This document shows positions 46,614 to 64,000 of a stretch of 64,000 nucleotides of DNA, piece after piece (position 1 is the first letter of the stretch; each line of letters opens with the position of its first letter). A program made the translations under genes and the position numbers. The notes under the pieces were generated by a model. That model worked only from the letters and a program-made list of their open reading frames with translations. It made no database searches and had not been told where the DNA came from. Source of the stretch: the human T2T-CHM13v2.0 reference genome, Homo sapiens; assembly GCF_009914755.1 (NCBI RefSeq), contig NC_060948.1; one strand, 5' to 3'.

Positions 46614-48666
46614 TAGTACCCTGACAATGTATTCATTCTCAAGCAAAACATGGTAATTCAGTAACGTTGACTACTTGCCCTGCTGATCTGCCTCCCTGAC
46701 TGCTCTACTGCTGTCCTGAAAAATGCGAATTTGACTTAATCGCCAATTTTTTCATTGACCTTTTATGTCACAAAACGAGAGGACACAAAAAGCTATATGA
46801 ATTGTTTATCATTATCAATATATGTGTATGTTATCTTTAAAAAAACAAAGCTTAATGAGAACCTAATTGTCTTAACCACACACATACATACATAACTGCA
46901 TATTGAATTTATAGTAATTATTATCGCTTTTTCTTCACTTCTATTTAAAAATTGAAAATTCTATACACATTTTTCACAGGCATTAAGTATCAGAATATTA
47001 GCATATACTTACAAGTATTTTATGCCCAACTTCTAGGATGGCTAACATTTGACTTTTAGAAAAGTAATTGTTTCGTTTAGAGAAAAAAAAATATGACCTA
47101 AGAACTCAAAACAGTTTCAGTGAAGTGTTAAGCTACACTAAAAAGGGGACACAATTCTTTTCTTTGCAGATTGTATAGTGGGATATTTTGAAGTCATTCT
47201 CTTCACTGTCACACAATTAGCAATTTAAAAAACAATCTTTTACAAGTCTAAATTAAATTTCCATTCACAACAAATAGAGCCATCAATTTATCATATTTCA
47301 CCTTTTAGTTCAACCTCCTTCAAAATTTAAAGGTCACAGTTTACCAGACTAAACAAGTGAATAACTCTCCTCAATAAATCTTAAAGTCTGAAGAGAAATG
47401 ACAAGATTTCTTTGCTGAAATAAAATGGGAGGAAAGTCCCCCCACTCACCAATGTTTTAATGCCATATTTGCAAAACAGGAGTAACAACTACAGGTTGCA
47501 TAGTACACAGAACCTATTAATAAAAATAAACTCTCAGCAAAACTGAATGATGCCACAATTCCTAAGACAACAAAATAAAAATCCCGTAAAATATGAAAAG
47601 AGTTCATAGAACCAAATGTGGTTGGTTTGTCCAGTAAATGTTATAATGAATTAATATCAGAAACTTTAAAAAATTATATTCCATGAAAAGAAAAATATGA
47701 AAACTGTAATTTGTATCCTAGTTATCTACTAAAGTTTAGTATCTAAGATACAAAATTTAGTATTCATTATACAAAGTGGAAATATAGTTGGCTCAAGTTA
47801 AAACATGTATCTGGATAGCAAATAAAATGGTTAAATTGCAGTCATACACAGAAACAGATTTTCTACAACAGGAAATCCCTTACAAGATGAGAAAAAACAT
47901 ACCATTTCAAAACCTGACATGAAAATAGCAAAAAATGACACAAGGCACCACATAGGTGAACCTTGAAAATGTTACACTGTGTGAAAAAGTCAGATACAAG
48001 AGGCCAGATACTGAATGATCCCATGTATATGAAATATCCAGGAAAGGCAAATGAATAGAGACTAAAACCAGATTAATGGTTGCTAAGGACTGGATGAAAG
48101 AGGTTGTGGGGAGTTACTGCTGGTGGATGCACGGTTTCTTTTGAGGATTGATAAAATATGCTCTGGAACTAGAGAGAGGTGATGGCTGCACAACATGGTG
48201 AACCAAAGAGTCAGAGAAACTGAAGTCCAAATAAGGAGTTTGTTGGCAGTTTTAGAACTGTAATTAGAGAAACAGATTCCAGAAGCATCTGACATTGTGT
48301 CGTGACCGGCTGTTTTGAGAGACAGTTTTTAAAGGAAATAAGAGAAAGTTGGTACTCATTAGGTTACTTACAACCTATTATCTTAATTGGTAATGAAGGG
48401 TTATCTTAACAGTTCATGAGTTTCTACGCAAAAGTCCTTGAATCAGTGGTTTGGGTAAAAAGTCAGTTTTCACTATGAAGTCTTTTAATAAGTGGCAGCA
48501 ATTTTTGTCTGCAGAATCTGCAAGTACATTTTGCAGTCAGGCAGTTGCAAGATGGGTTTCAAAAACAAAATGTTGTTGCTATGGTTAGGTCTTGTTGCCT
48601 TCGTTCCCCGGTACTACTGAATCGTCCAGTTTAAGAGGGATAAAGTGGCGTCGCACAGGAGCGAGG

Positions 48667-49168
48667 ATGGAGAGCGGCGACTAGGCGGCTATGGAGAGGT
48701 ACAGCGTCCAGTTGCGCCCAGCCACACTGCAGGACGCCGCCCCCGCCACACTACACCTGATACCCTGCGGCCCACCACGGTGTGGCGCTTCATCACGCCT
48801 GCCATCCGCCAGGGCCCCGAGGGACTCTTAAGTGTAGTTTCGGGGCCGCAGTCTACGGGGCGACGAGGTGGCAGTGCCGTCCGGCCTCGTGGGATACGTG
48901 ATGGTGACTGAACAGGAGGAGGTGTCGATGGGGAAGCCAGACCCCTGGCGGGGTTCCGGGAGTGACAACCAAGAAGAGGAACCTCTGGAGCGGGACTTTG
49001 ACCGCTTCCTCGGAACCACTACCAGCTTCAGCCGCTTCACCCTGTAGGGCATGGGGCTTCACCCTGTGGGGCACCCTGTGGGGCTTCCTTGGCCCGGAAG
49101 CCAAACTGCGTGGGGCCTTAACTTGGCCCAGCCTCGCGGCAACGATTCACGCGCAGGTGCCCAAGGAC
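48667..49168 (+). pseudogene. RNASEH2CP1: Processed pseudogene of RNASEH2C
   Basis: Intronless [33 protein letters not shown]...TPAIRQGPEGL...[12 protein letters not shown]...[19 protein letters not shown]. Stop at codon 6, frameshifts, and an internal micro-duplication at ~49035-49085. Confidence 0.95.
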
Positions 49169-52100
49169 ACAGAACCAGAGCTTGAAATTCAAAGCCGCGA
49201 ACCCTTTACAGCAGTAAACCAGCTCCTTACTTTGTAGCCACTGGTTCCATCACCCCAGTAAAGGAGTTCTTCACAGCACACATTCACAAAAGATAAAGTG
49301 GTGAATTTTATATTCTTATATACATATGTCCAACCATCTATATGTTTTTAAGAAGGCAAAAAAGACCTCCCAGATGCATATATTACAGGACGGGGTGTGT
49401 GAGGAGACTCACTTGGGGGTGGCAGTCAACAAAATTTAAATAAAGACACGAGATTTTATTATTTTTCTGTCTACAGCTCCTAGGATAGTGTGTGACATGT
49501 AGTAGGTTCTCAGTATACTTCTCTGGTACTTAAATTAATGAAATGTGTAAACATGCCTCTGGGTTCAGAAAAACAAACTCAACCACTTAAAAAAAAAAAA
49601 AGGAAAAAAGTGTTGGTTCTCCTGTAAAGTAATAAACCTACATGCAAAAATAAGGATGCAGGGGGAGGCCGAGAGCATTAAATTTGCCTCTATAATATCA
49701 TATCAACACATTTTAATCTCTCAACCAGGGCTAATAATTCACTCACTGTCTCCAGGGGACTACATTAACAGTTCTTCCAATATTGGGCCTTTATATCATC
49801 AGCTAACCATATGCTTCCCTGAGCGCCTGAGTGATCCCAGTTTCTGGAACACTATTCCTTTCTCTCAAATTCAGTAAATAAAAAGTTAAAGCGCTATATT
49901 GTTTTATATGAGTACGACCTTTAAGATTCACTGATGACTATTTCTCAACAGTTGTTAAATATTTTTACATCAGTCAGGCCCACAAGCAATGTTAACTGGT
50001 AGGAAGTTAGCTGGTCCTGTCAATGTTAAATCCAAACGGGCTTAACCAACAGCAAAAGTTGCCAAACTAAGGGATTTTTTTTTGTTTTTTTAATCTTAAG
50101 GTATGGTAAGAAAAATGTTCAAAGACATTAGATTCAAATAATTTCACACAGATCCTGGTTCATTTTTATATCAGAATAAAAATGAAATGAATAATGAAAT
50201 AAAAATGAAAACTGAAGAATAGTAACTTAGATTGGTCCAATGCAATTAATTGCATTTGAGGTACATTAAGGTATTTTATGCTCATTAGTTAAATACCCTT
50301 TGTAGCCCTAATTTAATTGCTATGGTGTATGCAAACACAGTTTACCACTGCATAAAGAATAAAACCCACAACATTTTATATGAATTTATTTATTTTTTCT
50401 CCTCACAAGATGTACTTTGGTATTTCTTCAAATTCAGGGATGAATGCAGCAAAAATGTTGTGAATATTACTCCACTCATTCTCTCTAATTTTATCTCAAG
50501 ATATTCCCATCAAAGTAGAAATATATGTGGTCATAAACCATCCCCCATAAATTGTATACTAGACAGAGTTGACTATTCTAAGTCAACTTATGTGTTCATT
50601 TATCCTGCAGCTTGGCTATAGGCTGTTTTTTGAAGTCTAATGGTTGGCAGGTCACCAAAGACACAAACAACAAAAGAAAAGGTAAATAAAATGCACAAGA
50701 GCAAAATTTAAAACTTTTGTGAAAGGACACTTACAAATAAAAAGGTGTAATAGAGTAACACTAAACTTAGGATTTTTAGACTTGTGATTATTTTTGGGAC
50801 TTTAGAGTCAAATGTCCTTTCAAGATGTTGGGTTTGTTTTGTTTGCATGTTTTTTATTTTAACCATGCTAAATTCATGGGCCATATTTTCAACATCTAAT
50901 TCTCAAAAAGTTAGAATAGTCTTCTGATTTGGTAGGTAGAAGTTAATGCTCACTTTAATTGCTAGGTTCTACTGTTTCAAGACTTAATCAGATAAATCAC
51001 CTAGCAACTGATGCATTTAAACATGATCAATTTTACTGGCATCTTTTTTTCCCAGGGATAATCTAATTATTTGCCAGTGGGAGGATGAAGTAGGGTGCAG
51101 TGGGAAATAGAATGATCTCCTACCTGAGCCGAAGAACCTTACAAATGCATATCTACTACATGTAAATTAAACTATAAGTAAACAAAATAGTTTACAACTT
51201 TAAAATAATGCTGCCTGTTTTTTTCTCTAACTTCACCTGAATTATTTTTCTTTTACTTTATTATTTTGATTTTTTCAAAGTATAGGAAATTGCCTGTAAA
51301 AACAAGGTTTCATACTTGGGAAGAAATTTCTCATAGAGTGAAGCATTTTTTTTTTTTTTCAAATCAGTTGTAACTAACCGTCTTAAAATCACATTGTGGC
51401 TATCCATGCCTGAAATATGTAAACAGAAAACAGATGACATCCACAATTTTCCTTTCTTCCTTAAAACAAAGAGGTAACTTCACTCTTTCATTTACCTTCT
51501 GATGCACAAGTATGAGCTTCTCTTTTTAGTTCTTCTAATCAGCTTAGATACTACATGTTATAGCTTGTTTCTCTCCATAAAATGAAGGTCACTTTTGATC
51601 TTTTCCAGGGTCTTCCTTCAGTTCCTTTTTGTCCAAGGCTAACTACACTCCTCTTTGTCTAGTGAGCCAGCAGCTGTTTGACCAAGAACCATTTTAGGAA
51701 ACAGTTTTTAAAGATACCTCATGGAAGCATTCTGTTGTACCCTTCCGTACATTATTTTTTCTCAGTCTGTTGCATTAAGATTAGAGACTGCTTTCTTTTT
51801 ATTAATGTTTTGAAATATTTTGTTTAGTGTCCAAAGGCTTGGTCAAATCATGAATAGTTCTATTTTTCTTCTGAAAAATATTGTTCCTTTAGTGATTTAT
51901 AGTTAAGAGATATTATCCTTTAGCTGTCATACATTTCAAAAATACTTTCCTGATTTTGGACTTAAAATTGCATTTATCCTTTTTATCTTAACCTTCAAAA
52001 CAATAATATAACAATGATTATTATAATTTGTGCCCGTTTTTGCCTTCTTTGAATGACGATGGCTTTAGTATCTTACTGCTAAAAAATGTTGCTTGTTTGT

Positions 52101-54484
52101 AAAATAGCCTTTATGCAGAAACCTGCAGCAAGTATCCAATAACCACAACAGGAAAAATCTGAGGAATTCCGGGCTTTTCAAATTTTTGTATTACCTAGCA
52201 ATTATATGTTATTTGAAATTTGATTAGAAAAAGGCTAAAACAATTGTTTGAGTCTGGTAATTAAAAAGTGGTAAGTCTTTGTCTGATCTATGATGGTTAG
52301 TAGTTTGTATTTTGTGGTAAAAACAATACTTACTTTCCATTTTCAAATAATTTTAATTGTTATAAGTTATTATAAGCGTCTTGTAATTAGTTTTTACTGC
52401 CTCTCTCATAGCTTTGGTTATATCTAATTTCTCATTTATAATATCACTTACATTTGCTTTATTATATTTGTATTTAATCTATACCAGCAAGAGGGCACTT
52501 AATATTGCAAGCTTTTAAAAGAAATAGGGCTTCTTCTTTTGCTAATCCTCTTTGTAATTCCTTTTGGCTTTTTGGGAGAAGTTATTTCTACTCAAACCTT
52601 GTTCAGGTCACAAAGAAGCTACAGATGAAGAACACGAAAAAATTGTTGGTTAAAATAAAACTATAACTAGGCTTATTTACGGTGAGTAATTTCTTTTCAT
52701 GCTCCATTTAAATGTTTTTACCCTAAAGTAATGATGTAGGAGAAGTCTAAAGCAATGGTATTAATATACAAGTCCCAGTGAAAATGTGATTCATGAAACT
52801 CTTTGTTATTTTTGGCTGCATGTACATTGTTACGATTGTGATGTGAGATGAACATTTTGCATCTTTCAAAATCTTACATTAGTAGGGAGTTGCCCCCAAC
52901 CTAGGAGAGAGAAAAAGTAATATATTTTTCTCACCTGTCAACAAAGCCAATAGGTGACACACTATGATGAAAGACAGATAAACGAGAATAACACTCATAT
53001 TTATTTAGTAAATGTTTTACATGACATGAGAACCTTCAAAAATGAAGACCCAAAGAAACAGAAAGCTATGTGTTTTTGTTTGTTTGTATGTTTTTTTGAG
53101 GCAGAGTTTCGCTCTTTTTGCCCAGGCTGGAGTGCAATGGTGTGATCTCGGCTCACTGCCGAGTGGTCTTGGGTGTCCACTAGACAGGTAGATATTTGCA
53201 TCGCAATCTCCCATATCCATGGCATATATCTTGGGGAAGAAAGAATACATGCTCAGGAAGGAATGTGTAGTTAGCTGCAGGCATGACAGCCTATAATTTC
53301 TACAACAACAGGGGTTATTTGGGAGGAAACTTAACAATTAATAGATATTTCTACATAAAGAGTAATACAAAAACTAGACATTTTGGAGGTTATTTCTAGA
53401 CTCAATGTTAGCCAGATTCAGATTTTAAACTAAAGTAATTCTTGTCCCCACACTCTACCTCTAATTCAGCTGTTCCAATGTCATGTGCTGACCTCTTCTG
53501 AGATGGTCCCTGAGACTTTAGAAGGAGGCATCCAGTGCCGGACATTGTATTAATAAATTTATGTTCTAGTTTCAAGAAAAGGCCACAATGGCAATGTAAA
53601 CAATAACAAGAATTATTAACTGCTTTTGCCATTGTAAGCCCCCAGAACTAAACCAAAGAGAAAGCCAGTGGGATAAAGGGAGGGTAGGGTCAAACATTGC
53701 AGTTATCTGGCTTTTCATGTCTTGCAGGGCTACCATTATGTTGTCAGAATTATCTAGAATATATAAACAGCATTCAGTTATAATAACCTGTTGCACTGGT
53801 TCTCTATTGTGCAGCAATTAAGATATCCAGTGCTGTGCAATTTCACCAAACAGTGTATACATGAGGTATATTTCAGAGTTCTTTCAAGAAATACTTTGGA
53901 AACTTTCATTGAGAGCCTGCTGAATATTCTTAGTGAGAGCTTCTACATGCCATTAATAGGTAATGTCTTTAATGCCCAAAGATGGTGCTAAATGATCATT
54001 CCAATGAAAAATAGCTCTTGTCTAGCTATTAATCACATGTAGGAGATTAGCAGGTCTGCCAACTAAATTTGTCCATCATCCTTGGACCCATGGAGAACCT
54101 AAAGTGCAGCATTCTAGCCAACCTTGTGGTACCCAAGGACAGAGATTAGAGCCACTCATGTAATCATTCACTACCATTTGGAGCACACCAGTTTAAGCTG
54201 GATCATCAGGACCGGTCTGTAGCAAGTGAGTGCATGGCCTGCAGGATTATAATGTATTGACGCTACTCCCAGAGTAAGGGTGGGTTATGAGTCATGGGTG
54301 TGGTTCCCTTATTATTAACATAGGGGCACCAACTGAGTTAAGTGCCCTGCAGTTGGTGTCACCCGAATTTGAAGAAAACTCTCTTTATGGCAAGACTTAC
54401 GAGATTTCATAACAAAAACCATTACTTTTGAATTTTAGAATATAGGGTAGGATAGGCTAGCTATTACGCTTTTTTTATTATTGT

Positions 54485-60570
<6,086 letters not shown>

Positions 60571-60575
60571 TATTC

Positions 60576-63500
60576 TTTTTTTAAAAAATTACTTTTTACT
60601 TTAAGTTCTGGGATACATGTGCAGAATGTGCAGGTTTGTTACATAGGTATATGTGTGCCATGGTGGTTTGCTGCATCCATCAACCCATCATCTAGGTTTT
60701 AAGCCCCACATGCATTAGCTATTTATCCTGATGTTCTCCCTCCCCTTCCCCTCTCCCCACCACAGACCCCAGTGTGTGTGGTTCCCCTCCATGTATCCAT
60801 GTGTTCTCATTATTCAGCTCCCATTTATGAGTGAGAACTTGCAGTGTTTGTTTTTCTGTTCCTGTGTTAATTTGCTGATGATGATGGCTTCCAGCTTCAT
60901 CCATGACCCTGTGAAGGACAAAATCTCATTCCCTTTTGTGGCTGCATAGTATTCCATGGTGTATATGTGCTACATTTTCTTTATCAAGTCTATCATTATG
61001 GGCATTTGGGTTGGTTCCGTCTCTTTGCCCTTGTGAATACTGCTGTGAAAAACATATGTGTACATGTACATTTCTATTAGAATAATTTATATTCCTTTGG
61101 GCATATACCTAGTAATGGGATTGCTGCGTCAAATGGTATTTCCGAATCTAGATCCTTGAAGAGTCTCCCCACTGTCTTCCATAATGGTTGAACTAATTTA
61201 TATTCCCACCAACAATGTAAAAGCATTCCTATTTCTTCACAGCCTCACCAGCGTCTGTTGTTTCTTGACTTTTTAAAAATTGCCATTCTGACTAGTGTCA
61301 GATGTTATCTCTTTGTGGTTTTGATTTGCATTTCCCTAATGATCAGTAATGTTGAGCTTTTCTTAATGTTTGTTGGCTGCATAAATGCCTTTTTTGAAAA
61401 GTGTCTGTTCACATCCTTTGCCCACTTTTTGATGAGGTTGTTTGACTTTTTCTTGTAAATATGTTTAAATTCCATGTAAATTCTGGATATTAGACCTTTG
61501 TCAGATGAGTAGATTACAAAAATTTTCTCCCATTCTGTAGGTTGCCTGTTCAAACTGATAATAGTTTCTTTTGCTGTGCAGAAGCTCCTTAGTTTAATTT
61601 TATACCATTTGTCAATTTTTGCTTTTGTTGCAATTGCTTTTGGTGATTTCATCTTAAAATCTTTGCCCATGCCTATGTCCTGAATGGTACTGCCTAAGTT
61701 TTCTTCTGGAGTTTCTATGGTCTGGGCTTTGACATTTAAGTATTTAATCCCCATCTTGAGTTAATTTTTGTATAAGGTGTAAGGAAGGGTTCCAGTTTTA
61801 GTTTCCTGCATTTGGCTGGCCAGTTTTTCCCAGTATCATTTATTAAATAGGGAATTGTTTCCCCATTGCTTGTTTTTATCAGGTTTGCTGAAGATCACAT
61901 GGTTGTACATGTGTGGTGCTATTTCTGAGGTCTCTGTTCTGTTCCATTGGTCTATATGACTGTTTTGGTACCAATACCATGCTCTTTTGGTTACTGTAGC
62001 CTTGTAGTATTGCTTGAAGTCAGGTAGCGTGATGCCTCCAGCTTTGTTCTTTTTGCTTAGGATTATCTTGGCTATATGGGCTCTTTTTTGGTTCCATATG
62101 AATTTTAAAATAGTTGTTTCTAATTCTGTGAAGAATGTCAGTGATGGGAATAGCATTGAATCTGTAAATTATTTTGGGCAATATGGCCATTTTCACCATA
62201 TTGATTCTTCCTATCCATGAGGATGGAAACAAACACGATCCATTTGTTTGTGTCCTCTCTTACCTCCTTGAGCTTTGGTTTGTAGTTCTCCTTGAAGAGG
62301 TCCTTCACATCTTTTGTTAGCTGTGTTCCTAGGTATTTTATTTTCTTTGTAGCAATTGTGATTGGGAGTTCATTCTTGATTTGACTCTCTGCTTGTCCAT
62401 TGTTGGTGTATAGAAATCCTTGTGATTTTTGCACATTGACTTTGTATCCTGAGACTTTGCTGAAGTTGCTTATCAGCTTAAGGAGTTCTTAGGCTGAGAT
62501 GATGGGGTTTTCTAAATATAGGATCATGTCATCTGCAAACAGGGACAATTTCACTTCCTCTCTTCCTGTTCGAATACCTTTATTTCTTTCACTTGCCTGA
62601 GTGCCCTGGCCAGAACCACCAATTCGATATTGAACAGGAATGATGAGAGACGACATACTTGTCTTGTCCTAGTTTTCAAAGGGAATGCTTCCAGCTTTTG
62701 TCCATTCAGTATGATATTGGCTGTGGGTTTGTCATAGCTTTTATTATTTTGAGATATGTTCCACCAATATCTAGTTGATTGACAGTTTTTAACATGAAGG
62801 TATGTTGAATTTTATCGAAGGCTTTTTCTGCATCTATTGAGATAATCATGTGGTTTTTGTCAATGGTTGTTTATGGGATGGAATATATTTATTGACTTGC
62901 ATATGTTGAAACAGGCTTGCATCCCAGGGATGACACCGACTTGATCATGGGATAAGTGTTTGATGTGCTGGTGGATTCTGTTTGCTAGCATTTTATTGAG
63001 GATTTTCACATTGAAGTTCATCAGGGATATTGGCCAGAAGTTTTGTTTTGTGTGTGTGTGTCTGCCAGATTTTGGTATCAGAGTAATGCTGGCCTCATAA
63101 AATGAGTTAGGGAGGAGTTCGTTCTTCTCAATTGTTTGGAATAATTTCTGAAGGAATGGTACCATCTCCTCTTTGTACCTCTCGTAGAATTCAGCTGTGA
63201 ATCCATCTATCTGGTCCTGTGCTTTTTTTGTTTGGTAGGCTATTTCTTGCTGCCTCAATTTCAGAACTTGTTATTGGTCTATCCACAAATTTTACTTCTT
63301 CCTGGTTTAGACTTGGGAGGGTGCATGTGTCCAAACATTTATCCATTTCTTCTAGATTTTCTAGGGTTTTTTTGCCTAGAGACACTTATTGTATTCTCTG
63401 GTGGTAGTTTATATTTCTGTGGGGTCAGTGGTGATATCCCTTTTATTATTCTTTATTGTGTCTATTTGATTCTTCTCTCTTTTCTTTTTTATTAATCTAC

Positions 63501-64000
63501 CTAGCAGTCTATCTTATTGGGTGTGTGTGTGTGATTTTTTTTTTTTTCCAAAAAACCAGTTCCTGAATTCATTGATTTTTTGAAGGGTTTTTTGTGTCAC
63601 TGTCCCCTTCAGTTTCACTCTGATCTTAGTTATTTCTTATCTTCTGCTAGCTTATGGATTTGTTTGCTCTTGTTTCTCTAGTTCTTCTAATTGTGATGTT
63701 AGGGTGTTCATTTGAGATCTTTCTAGCTTTCTGATGTGGGCATTTAGTGCTGTAAGTTTCCCTTTTAACTCTGCTTTAGCTGCATCTCAGAGATTCTGGT
63801 ATGTTGTCTTTTTGTTCTCATTGGTTTCAAAGAGCTTCTTAATTTCTGCCTTAATTTTTTCATTATTTACCCTGGAGTTATTTAGAAGCAAGTTGTTCAA
63901 CTTCCATGTAGTTGTGCAGTTTTGAGTGAGCTTCTTAATCTTGAGTTCTAATTTGATTGCATTGTGGTCTGAAACTCTTTGTTAAGGTCTCAGTTCTTTT
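60576..64000 (-). mobile_element. Primate L1 (L1PA7-L1PA10 age), 3' UTR and fragmented ORF2, running off the window end
   Basis: tactttaagttctgggatacatgtgcagaatgtgcagg 3' end; ORF2 pieces [28 protein letters not shown] and [21 protein letters not shown] in different frames. Confidence 0.96.

Noticed and set aside
60576-64000. Active LINE-1
   Set aside because: ORF2 is broken by many stops and frameshifts and the 3' end is of an old subfamily.

Overview
Human (hominoid) Y chromosome short arm spanning the PAR1 pseudoautosomal boundary. In order: the 3' UTR and poly(A) site of CD99 (1-~270); a repeat-rich intergenic region that probably holds the erythroid XG/CD99 GATA element; XG exons 1-3 (11276, 29537, 33559, + strand), with no further XG exon in the window; an LTR6B-type solo LTR inside an AluY (34947-35503); the boundary AluY (40321-40625) inside a PABL LTR; and Y-specific sequence carrying a U6/L1 retrocopy, intact single-exon SRY (45829-46443, - strand, 204 aa), the RNASEH2C processed pseudogene, ERV internal/env remnants and a truncated primate L1. 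This is a well-studied locus and I cannot support a wholly new biological system. The best leads are the unterminated Y-borne XG unit pointing into SRY, with candidate cryptic acceptors next to the SRY 3' end; the apparently chimeric boundary LTR; a transposon-hosted GATA switch in its off state; a likely paralogue of the forensic STR DYS389; GGAA microsatellites around XG; and a perfect DUX4 site in an MLT2A LTR. Apart from SRY, XG exon 1, the RNASEH2C pseudogene and the retroelement remnants, the supplied ORFs are Alu, low-complexity or chance frames. Repeat subfamily names come from remembered consensus sequences and need RepeatMasker/Dfam confirmation.
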